Positions 29,601 through 41,600 of a DNA stretch of 64,000 nucleotides are shown here, in pieces. The number at the start of each line of letters is the position of its first letter. Position 1 is the stretch's first letter. The stretch is from Callorhinchus milii (lineage: Eukaryota): the NCBI RefSeq assembly GCF_018977255.1, contig NW_024704743.1:96288001-96352000 (forward strand), given 5' to 3'. A program made the position numbers and the translations under genes. A model generated the notes under the pieces. The model was given only the letters and a program-made list of their open reading frames with translations, had not been told where the DNA came from and did no database searches.

Positions 29601-32600
29601 TCAGTCTGTCTGCTCCAGCACTGTTTACCAAGTGTGTCCATGTGTGTCTTTGGCTATTGCTGTGAACTTCAACATTCCCCACCAGGCGCAATGGAGGGAA
29701 AGCTATTGGAACATGGTATCTGCCTCAAAAGTGACTGATTATGTTCTCGCCCTGTGTATGCACACACATACACAAACACTCTACACACACACATATAAAT
29801 ACAGACACACACAGATACACATGAATACATAAAAACACATGCATACACACACACACACACATAAACAAACACACAAAAGAGTAAAAAGTGTTGACGACTC
29901 TGGCTCTTGGCACAGTCAGGGTAGAGGTGTAATGACTGCGTGATGACTAAATGTTTCTTTGTGCTCACCTCTCATTTGGCAGATGTGAATGACAACGTTC
30001 CATTCTTTACATCCTCCACATACGAGGCTACGGTCCCTGAAGGGGCTGCAGTTGGTACCTCTGTAGTGCAGGTATCAGCTACCGACCTTGATACAGGACT
30101 ACATGGAAAGGTGAGCGATCTGCGGGTAACCAAGCAAACCAGGCACCCGGCCGACTGTCTAACATTGTTGAAACCTAAGCCCCTTCCTTAGCACTGTTTC
30201 TCTGGTTCCAGGGGCACAGGAACCATTATGTCCTGTTGAATATTTGTTACAATAATAAGTCTCCACATAGAAAAAAAATCCTACTCTGCTCTACTACTGC
30301 TACTAAGGCTTTTAAATTGTATATTTTTAAAAGATTTTTAGTGTGTCCGATGTTTCTATTCTAATTTTCTCCTCAATGGCACATGCCTCTCTGCCCTCAC
30401 CTCCTCTTTCTGGGTGCAGTTCCACGGGCACAGGTTGTCCTCCGGTAAGCCACTTTTTGTATATGTGAACATTGGCAGTGAGTGTTATCATGTTACTCGA
30501 CTACAGAGGGTGTCATAGCAGAGTTTGACCTCTTCCCCACCGACCCAGCTGCCTCATATGTGTACAACCAGTAGACATGTGAGGAGCAGGATCCCTGGCT
30601 GGTGTTCATCTCCCTGACCCAGAAGACCATAGGAAATGTAGTCTTCCCCAAACCCTTCAAGCTTCTCAGTGCTAAATAGCTATCTATGTCCTTCTTGAAC
30701 CCCACAATGGAGTCTGCCTCTACCACCTCGCTTGGCAGGACATTCTACATCCCAGCAAATCTCTGAGTGAATAATCCCGCTTGTTTTCTCACCGTAGGTG
30801 AACTATGCCATACTGAAGGACCTCAGTGGAGATTACCACTACTTCAGCATTGATTTTGAGACCGGACTGATATTCACGCAGACGTCCTTCGACAGAGAGG
30901 TGAAGGGGTCATACCTGATAGAAGTTCAGTCTCAAGACAACTCAGAGTCTGCTCGGCCAGGCATGCACGGACAACCCAACACAGGTGAAGGCCTCAGAGC
31001 AGCAATTTCATTCTCAGAATATGAGGGAATGTTTTCACCCGCAGATGATTGCCTAGATTGTTTTGAAGGCTATTTAACCAGGTTATTTTTTATGATGCTT
31101 GAAAAAGAAAATTGCAAAACAGAATTGTGAATCTAGCAAAAAATAAAACGAAACAAGCATGACTACTGAAAATCTGAAATCCAACCTGGAAATGGTGGAA
31201 ATACAGTCAAATCTGCTTTCAGGAACCACACAAAGGACTGGACCAAAATGGCCTTTATATAAGGGTGACCTCTGAGTAAGGATTCGGTGGTGTGTGTAGA
31301 ATTTTAAGCGTTTAATTGTATAGAACAATATTGTACATGTACAAACCCATAAACTAAACAATACAGTTCACATACGGCCAATATAATCATGCCAAGCTTT
31401 TGGAGAGTACAATGGCAGTTGCGTTCAACGAGTTTCATATAGAAGTGAGTTTGATTACCCTGAGCGCTTCTAGTCCTGATCACTACACTTGCCTTCCTAT
31501 CTTTACCAAATGGACAGTGAGGGGCTGCTCAGCGTAGCATTGGAAAATGCGCTAGGAGTCTTATCAGGAGTCTACACCCAGGTCTGCAGAAATTGCTAAT
31601 ACATTGCCAATGTATACTTAAATTCACTTAGAACTGGCCACTGAATAGGGTCTGTACACTGGGTACACGGCTAATTAAGTGGCTACGGGTTGTGCTGGAC
31701 AGATGGTTTCTTAATAGAGGTGGTTTAATATGGAAAATTAGTCAGGACTGTTCCAGGGTGGTTGTTAAGAGCAGGTGCTTGCTGAATGGAGTTGGTTGCT
31801 TTAACAGGTTTGACTGTGCATGGAGGGTTGATTACATAGAATGACATAGACTGTTACAGGATGGAAACAGACCAATTCAGTCCAACTAATCCATGCCAGT
31901 CTTTATATTCCACATGAGCCTCCATCACACCAAACCCCTCTCCCACATCCTATTATTCTCTTCTCCCTCGTGTACAATTGAATTTTCCTCTTAAATATGT
32001 CAACAGAAAGAGAAAGATAAGTTAGCATTTTGTGTGGGACCCTCAAGGGTTAACCTATGTATTTATTTTCTTTTAATTTTTTTTATCGCAGCTTCCTATT
32101 TTCTTTCTCCCATATCTTTTTAGTTTGGTTTATTTCTTTGCTGTATTCAAGCTAGCACAGGATCTAACAGCCATAAAATGTGTCATTAATTTCTTTACAC
32201 AAAGGATGGTGAGACTGCATACATGAGGGAGAAGAGAATAGATGGGAAGGGGAGAGTGGATTAATAGTGGTGGAGTTCATGTAGAGTACAAACACTGGTG
32301 AGGGTTTGTTGGGCCAAATGACCTATTTTCTTGCTTTAATGGTTCTATGCCATTCTAAGTTCTTTGAAGAACTATAAAAAAACAACTTCAAAGTTAAGTC
32401 TGAATTCAACAATTTGCAAATACTGAACGCTCTAAAATGCTAAATCCAAACCCAGATGGAACTCACTACTTGTAGCTGTGGTTGAAACAGAAAGCATCAA
32501 CTTATTTTAAGTGTTAATCAGTGTGAAGGGCATTATACGAATGCAAGTTATTAAGAGGAAACTCAATACCTCTCTGAGGCTGAAGGGAATAGAGGAGTAT

Positions 32601-35600
32601 AAAGGTATTAGGATAGTTGGGGGCTATAAACACTGTCATGGACTAGTTGGATTGAATTACCAGTTTTGGTTCTGTACAATCTTTGTAAGAATTCTGTATA
32701 AAACTATTTCCATCAAAAGTGGTTTATTTTTCAGTCTTGTAGGTTTAACAGGAGAGGAATGAGAAGGATCTCCACTCCAGTGACTAGTCTGATCCTTCCA
32801 TGTCCTGCCCTCAAGCCAGGCTGGCTGGGCTATCATCAGCAGTGCTCTGGAGTACCTGCCTGGCTAAGGAACTGTACTACCTAGAATGCAGAGGATTGAT
32901 TTGATTCCCACAGTCTATTGCCAAAAACTTCACTTTGGAGCTAACTCAGCTCCACGGAGACCCCATTTACCTGCTCCCCAACGAGCATAGAAAGAAAATG
33001 TGTGAGGGAGAGAGAGAGAGTGAGCGTGAAAGATAAAAAGGGGAACGGAAAGGAAAAGAGTGAGTCCTCTTCCCTATTGCACATCCTGGGATGGAATACC
33101 TCCCACTAGTTTATACAGTATGATCTGGAGGTAATACTGCAAGAACACATCAGACAAAACAAAGACGGATGTTTACACGTGAACAAGTGCTGACATAAAG
33201 ACCAGGGCTGAACTCCCAGCTGGTGTTCTGTGCAGAGGCCTTGATGTGTGTGTATATAAAGAGAAAATCTCATTAGAAGCCAACATTGTCAATGTTTTAC
33301 ACTGGCATCTCAGTCTTTGGTTTGAGAGACTCATTCGGCCTTCAATTAGAAACATCCCAATTATTAGATTATATCGAGGGTAAAGGGTCACTTGTACTCA
33401 GCCTTTAACACTGAATATACAATCTCCCTTTCTGTTCACAGATACGGCTTACGTGAGGATTTTCATCAGTGATGTGAATGATAATGCACCAATCTTCCCA
33501 CAGGATGTCTACGAGATAAGTGTAGAGGAGGACAAAGATGTTGGGTTTGTTGTCATAACAGCTCCAGCAAACGATGAAGATGAAGGTACGATTAACAGAA
33601 TGTATAACTCGTTCACAAGTTACTTCACAGCTCAGTGAGCAGATCTTTGATTCCTTCCAACAAGCTGTGAGGACTTATTGGAGACTTTTGGCTCCCCCAT
33701 GTGGTGAAGCTGCAGCAATGCAATTTAGCTGCTATGCAGAAACACTTCCTCGGTCGGAATATCAGGAGGTTGTCTGCCCTTGTTTATAGCAGACAGGATC
33801 ATAACATAAGCATTAAGCAGTATCTAATGGCCATTCAGTGACCTAATGTTGAGGTGCAAAGTTAACGTTAGTTTCATAGTTTATGTTAAGTTGTTTCAAG
33901 ATGTTGCTCTCTTGCAAATTTGCCATTAATTTAAATATTTAATGAATAAATTGTATGGAATCACTAAATGCTGCTGCCCAGAAACAGTCCTCTCATTTGG
34001 CCCATCTATGTCTGGTCTGGTGTTTTTTCTCTATATGAGCCGCCTAATCTAATCCCATGCCAATACCCTTTAATATTGGCGTCTTCCAAGCAGTTATCTG
34101 GTTGCCTTTTAGAAAACTCTGCTTGGGTTCGCTTTCAACTATGGTTTGTGGCAGAGAATTCAATATTCCAACCACCTTTTGTGCAGAGATTGTATCCTAC
34201 CACAGAGATAGTAATATGATGAAAACTGAGACACGTTAAAGAAATAGGAAAAATCTGAGACAGATAATGCCATTATGTCAACACATTTGAAGGATAGATT
34301 GCATGTTGTTGTGTTCACCTTATTGCAGGGGCAAATGCCAAACTGAGATACCAGATTACCTCAGGCAATGTCAAAGGTATGTTTGATGTGGAGCCAGAAA
34401 TTGGGACCATCTTCATAGCTCAGCGACTGAACTATGAAGAAGAGCAGCGTTACGAGCTGCGGTTGGTGGCATCAGATGGGAAGTGGGAGAACCAGACGAT
34501 GGTGATCGTCAACGTTCTCAACAAGAATGACGAGGCTCCAATCTTCAGTCGGAATGAATATCACGCCAACGTAGTGGAGGAGCTGCTGGACCTACCTGTG
34601 CTTGTCCTGCAGGTACTCACACACACACACATAGTTTACACAGACGATACTGCACAGAAACAGACCATTCAGCCCATCTGCCTGGGGGCTCACACTACCC
34701 ATGAGTCTCCACCCACTCCTTACACCCTCCCATACCCTTCTCCTTTGTGTTTATCTAGCTTCCTCTTAAATTGATTTATACTATCTGGTTCTTCCACCAC
34801 TTTGGGCAGCGAGTATCACATTCTTCACTACATCCAGATTCGACTTCCTGCTTGTCAGCCCAACTCTTCCCTCCACAAGCTGCAGATCATCCAGAACTCT
34901 GCAGCTCGTGTCCACTCCAACACCAGGCTCCGTGACCCCATCACACCCACCCTGGCCCGGCTCCAGTGGCTCCCCATCCCTCAGAAGATCGAGTTCAGAA
35001 TCCTTGTCCTCACCTTCCAGGCCCTACACGGCCTTGCCCCTTCCTACCTCTCCGACCCTCTAACCCCTTATCAACCAGTCCGCTCCCTCTGCTCAGCAGG
35101 CTCCGGACTGCTGTATGTCCCCCGCCCGGCCTGCCCCACCATCGGTGGTCGGACCTTCATTCTCTCTGCCCCCAACCTGTGGAACTCCATCCCATATTCC
35201 CTTCACCTTGCTCCCTCCCTTGTCTCCTTGAAGGCACACCTCAACATGCTCCTCTTCGACCGTGCCTTTGGCCGCCATCCTACCCTGTCTGCCCTCCACC
35301 CTCTCTGATCCCAACCCTTTCCCACTCGGGTCCTAAACCCTGACTGTTCAGTGCCTTGGGACATCCTCCCGACATGAAAGGCGCTTTACAAATGTAATTT
35401 TGTATTGTACTTTTTGTATTCTCTTTACCCTCTGTGTGATGTAGTTTCTCCTGTATTCTCTTGTAAATTCCCTCGTCACTATCTTATACTCAAGTCCCTT
35501 GGTTATGAGTGGACTGCTTTAATATTCTTTAATATAAATCTTTAATATGTGCGATAGTAACTGTGGGACTTCACCAAAAGAGACTTGATTACTGCCCATC

Positions 35601-38600
35601 ATTACTTTTACTGCTCGCTAGTGGTAAGCAAGTAAGATTGAGCACAAAGGTTTTTATCTCTCTCTCTTTCACTTACATACACAGACACACAACATACCAC
35701 TTCATCAAAAACTCTCTTGTAACCGTGTGAGTTTTCTTCAAAATACTCCTTACATTTTTCCTCTACGTTTTTAGGTATCAGCCATTGACCCTGACCAGGA
35801 AGCAGACCAGAGTGCCCTGCGTTACTCTCTCCATGGACAGGGGGCAAACAGTGAGTTTACCATCGATGAGGTGACTGGTAAAATCTACGCCCAGCAGAAA
35901 TTGGACCGTGAGCACCGATCGGTTTGGCGCTTCCTGGTCCTGGCCACCGATGATAACGGGGAGGGCCTCACGGGGTTCGCTGACGTGATTGTCGAGGTGC
36001 GTGACGTGAATGACAACCTGCCCTTGTTCCTGTGTGCCTCCGACGGCTGCTTTGTGGGACACGTCCCAGAAAATTCCCCAGCCGACACATCCATCATGGA
36101 GATGACCGCAACGGATCTGGATGACACCAAGACTGGGAAGAACGCGATATTGACATACAGGATAATCCAGAATATTCAGAACGAAATCAACCTCAACCTG
36201 TTCTCCATCAATCCATCCTCTGGGACGGTATACACTGTGCTGGGATCTCTGGACAGAGAGAAGGAAGATAGGTACCTGGTGGTAGTGGAAGCTCAGGACG
36301 GAGGTGGCCTGACTGGGACCGGGACAGCCACTATTTTGGTTTCAGATGTGAACGATCACACTCCAGTTTTCACGCAACACGTCTTCATGGCCAAGATCAG
36401 TGAGAACATGGAACCAAACAGCAACGTTCTCATGGTGTCCGCCAGTGATGAGGACAAGGGGGAAAATGCTCTTTTGACCTTCAGCATCGTGGGCGGAGAC
36501 AAAGATCGGAAATTCTTCATCGAAACGAACAAGGCTGATATGAGTGCCACCATCAAACTGAAGAAGCAGCTAGATTACGAGAAGCCACAGGACAGGAGAT
36601 TCAATTTAACTCTGAAAGTGGAAGACATGGACTTTTCCAGCAAGGCTTCTTGTGTTATTGAGGTGGAGGATTACAATGATCATGCTCCACTCTTCCAACC
36701 GCAGTATTACGAAGCTGCTCCGTTGCCTGAAGATGTCTTTATCGGGACCAGAGTCGTCCAGGTCACCGCGGTCGATCTGGACTCTTCCCAGAATGGGGAA
36801 TTCACCTACAGTATTGCGGAGATTTCAGATCCTCTTGGACAGTTCTCTGTGGATGCCAACGGTTGGATTAGCGTAGCCAGCGCCCTGGACCGCGAGTTGA
36901 CTCCGCAGCACCAGTTAGTCATTCTGGCCATTGACTTTGGAAGTCCGGCCCTGACCGGGAGCGTGGCTGTTCTCCTCACTGTTCACGATGTCAATGACAA
37001 TGGGCCAGAATTTGAGGCTCCATATAAGCCTATTGTGTGGGAGAACACAGCTGCCCCACAGCTTACGCAGTTAAATCAGACCTCAGTGCTGATGTATGCT
37101 AAAGACAAAGACAGTCCAGTCAATGGAGCACCCTTCTCGTTCACCTTACTCAGTGCACATGGGAATTCCACGGATTTTGCCTTGACAGATTTTGGCAATG
37201 GCAGCGCCGCTCTCACCGCGCTCCGCACGTTTGACAGGGAGGACCAGAAGGCGTTTTACCTGCCGGTGGTAATGACCGACAGCGGAACGCCTCCCATGAC
37301 TTCCACAAACACATTGACCATCACCATTGGAGACCGCAACGACCATCCCCACTCAGCAGGTCACACGGAATTCCTCGTCTACAACTACAATGGTAAGCAT
37401 CTCTATCACAGAGCAGCAGAAATGTAACAGTGCAGCACGCACTCTGAGGCTCCTAAAACATGTAAGGGTAGTAAACAGTAACATTTTTAAAGCATAGTGT
37501 AGTCCTATCAACAACTACAACCAAAATAAACAATGTGTTCTTCATATGAGATATTAAACTGAGGTCTCATCTTCCTGTTCAGGTGGATATTAAAAACCTC
37601 AGGATAGTATTCAAAAAGAGAAGGGAGTTTCTCCCGGTGCCCTGGCCAACAGTTCCCAGATATAATTGAAGGATAATTCTCTTCATGGCTATTTGTAAGA
37701 CATTGCTGTGTGCAATTGACTGCTGCATTTGCCTAAAAAGTACACAGTCAGTACAATTTACAGTAATTCCTGCGAAGTGCTTTGGGACATTGTCCCGGCT
37801 TGAAAGGCACTATATCAAATGTGAAGATTTCATTATTGTTTTCTTATTAATAAGAATAAATCTGAGAATAACACCCTTATTGCACCTGTACAATATTGGG
37901 TCCCAGTTTGTGATATTTCATAATGGATTTCTTAATTAAGGAATCCAAGTGAGGTCTCCTCCCGATCAGCAGACCTATTTCAGAGCAACTCAAGGGAACC
38001 CCCTCCATTGAATTTGAGCAAGTCGATGTCCCAGATATCCAGAACTTTTAATTAAGAAATATTATGAATTAGACCTCATTTTCTATTTTCCACTCATTCA
38101 TCCATTTCTCTTCTGAGCAAGGAGAGAACAAGGTATTTAACAGACTATGGGATCAAATAATAAAAAAATTTAAAGAGCGAAGAATGATTAAATCCCTCTG
38201 GTTAGGTTAATGGGTGATGATTTATATTGGTAGCAGTTCGAAGTTCTGGGATTTGAAATGTGGCCAGTAAATCTTCAAACTCATCTTCTGGAATGTGGAA
38301 TTGCCTGCGTTTTATGCATAATTTTTAATAAACTGTCTGTGTCCTGCAATGTCAGAACACAAGAGTCTGCTGGCAAAATGTACAGTGACACCACTTTATA
38401 TCCTGTGAAGTGCTTTGAGATGTCTTGATGATTTGATAAAGCGCTATAGCAAATGCAAGGATTATTATTATATATTATTATAAGTGCTTTGTTTTCTTGT
38501 ATTAGGTCAACTGGCTACCACTGATTTGGGGAAGGTACAAGCCCCTGATCTAGACGACTGGGATGACAAAACATACAGATTTGAAGGAATATCACCCAGG

Positions 38601-41600
38601 TAAGCAACATCTACACTGCATACAGCCTTGAAAACATGCACATACTGTATAAGGAAAAATGTATCTTTTGTCTCTAGATGTGCTATCAACTACCAAGAAG
38701 ATGACTAAATATGGAAATATATATTTGTTGGTAAATGTATTTTCTATTTCACTAATTTCTTTCTATTTGCTTTGATGGGGAATTGTCCTTCTATTTTTTT
38801 TCCCTTCCACTCTCAAGGATATCCACTCAAGCACAGTATGTTTCCTCCTCCAGTTGTTAACCTGAGTGGGCATTCTTCATCTGTGAGTGTAGTTAGTAAA
38901 CATTGGGAGATCAAAATGGCATCGCATTGGAGCCTAATCCTGTACTGACCTTAGTGCCCACACAATATACACATCCACTTCCCAGCATCAGTTAGTGACT
39001 AGCAATCAGTAGGAGGATCCTTGCCTGATTTCTTAACCTAATTTGTAATCCAGATTACTGAGGCCAATTGTATTGTTGGCCTGACTAAGATCTGTAAAGG
39101 ACAAGAGATTGAACCTGGAACAAACCTAATTTTACGTTTAGTTTCACTCTAAGCAGCGGTTTAACCATCTGAATCATTTCAATTCCTCACTTTGGATTCC
39201 TCAATGACATACCAATCCTCTCTGGGTTAGAGGGTTGACAGATGATCCACTCAAGGCCAATGGTATTCTGTCCAGCATCAGTAATGATGTGAGAGCATTC
39301 TACAGTGGCTCTTGATGTTCTCCTCCTCTTACAGTGACAAGTGCTCTACTTCTGCTTACTGCAGGAAACCTGCCAGAAATGGGGGAAGCATCATGTTCCC
39401 CTTACAGCTTAGAAATCTAAAAGGCTGCTGTCAGCAAAATCTGAAGCAGTAAAAGATTGTACTATACTATATATAGTTTGTGCCTCAAATTGTGGAATAT
39501 GGTAACAAAAGGCCATTTTGTGCCCCGTGTTTTTGACCATTTGTCAGACTTTTGGGAACTTTGCTCAGCCTCGAAACAGCTGAAATTAAAGCTTCACTGC
39601 AAACGCAAAGTTGGATGTCATAAATTAGCTCAGTGACTTCTGGTTTGCGAATGACATCTTTTAGACCCAACAAAAGGAGTTCAGTGGGGGGAAGGTGCGA
39701 GGGATATGTGGTACTGACTGCTTTTGTTTCATTAATTCATTTCATTACAGAGAAACTATTTCCTCTCGTGGGAGAATCCAGAGTAAAGGGGCATAATCCT
39801 AAAATTAGAGCTGGGCCAATTAGGAATGAAACCAGGAGGCATTTTTTCATGCAAAGGGTTGTGGAAATCTGGAATTTTCTTCCCCAAAAGGCTGTGAATG
39901 TTGGGTCAAGTAGAATTTTCAAGACTGAGGTGGATAGATTTTTGTTAGAAAAGGGTATCAAGGGATATGCGGATAAATGGACTTGAGGTACAAATCAGCC
40001 GTGATCTCATAGAATGGTGGAACAGGCTCAAGGGGCTGAATGGCCTGCTCCTGTTTCTATGCTCCTAATTTACCCATTGCATGCATTTGTTCTAGGCATT
40101 TTACTCTCAATGCAAAATCAGGGTTGCTGAGCATGACTGAGGGTACACCATGTGGATCATACAACTTCCAGGTGAAGGTGAGGGATGGTACCTGGCCAGA
40201 TGTGGTCTCCACAGTGCAGGTTATTGTCAAAGAATTGAAGGAGGCTGCCATATATAACGCTGGCTCTCTCAGGCTGAGTGGTGAGTGTCAAATTCTGTCC
40301 TTTCAATAGAGATCTCATTCAGACATTAATACATATTTCTATACACTGTTAAGCATATAGGATGACCAAAGGAAAATAAAGATGGTGGAGCCCTGTAGTA
40401 TAGTGGTTAGCACACTTGCCTCACAAGCGAGAGGACCTGGGTTCAATTCCTGAGCAGGGAGAAACCTTAGGCAAGTTTCTTTACTCCACACATCTCTGTT
40501 TTCCCTAACAATAAGTAGGAACCCAATTGTTCATCAATTGGTGTATCGCTTTCCAGGGATAATAATCCCTGCAAAATAAATAAATAATAGTTTGGTCACT
40601 CAATCCATGACTGTTTGTGGTACAATGCTGTGCACAATTGGTTGTTGCATTTTGCCCACAACATACACAGTCAATCCACTTTACAATATATTCTGTGAAG
40701 CGCTTTGAGATGTTTGAATGATGTGATAAGGCGCTATATCAAATGAAAGGATTATTATTCTTTTATTCTAAGAAAACCAATGGTACATCCTCAGAGTAAA
40801 AGCTGCATACTTTTCAAAACAGATATCACAGCTGAAGAGTTCATCTCCCAGTCTGCTGGTGGAGAGAGCAGGTACAACAGGCTCAGGATGTTCTTAGCTG
40901 AAATAATTCCAGCACAGCTTGAAGATGTGCACATTTTCAGCATTGTGAATGTCAAAGATCGTACGAGAGAGGTGGACATCTGGTTTGCAGCAGAAGAACC
41001 TCCATTCTACAAGGCTGAGAAAATGAATGGCAATATGGAGGCTTCCAGAGCAGAGGTTTGTATCCCTTAGACAAGAAGATGTGAAGGTCTCCACTGACGA
41101 GCTTTGCCAATATTAATTATATTAAAGGGGAAGAGTATCCTACAGAATTCTATCACATGCTCTTAAATGCTACAACTTAAAAAATTCAGGCCCCCCAGTT
41201 GGTATCTTTCAGTCATCTTTTATTCTATGTTACACAATAAATTAAACCACACATCATAGCACTTGTCCTACCAGAACCACCCTACCATCCCTGTAGGACT
41301 TTAGCTTGCAAGATCTCAGGCGTATTGGCCCTAAATTGCTGTAGACCTGTTTGGCTTGTCACTTGTAAGCCATTTTAAGTCCCAAAGGAGATCTTCATTT
41401 GATATATTAATGCTCCTTTCAACCACTTGTAATGAGTGAAGAAATAAAACCCAGATCCTTCCATCCCCAAGTCCAGTTCTCAATGGACTGATTAACTCTG
41501 GGATTTTTTTTAGATGTTAATTTGCTAATTAGAAACATTTTGTGCAGGACATCTCCGTGTGACATTAAACATTGGTCAGTATATTTTGGGCAGTATGTGA

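Noticed and set aside
35778..37352. Minus-strand and alternate-frame ORFs overlapping the giant exon
   Set aside because: Shadow ORFs of the cadherin coding sequence with no recognisable protein features.
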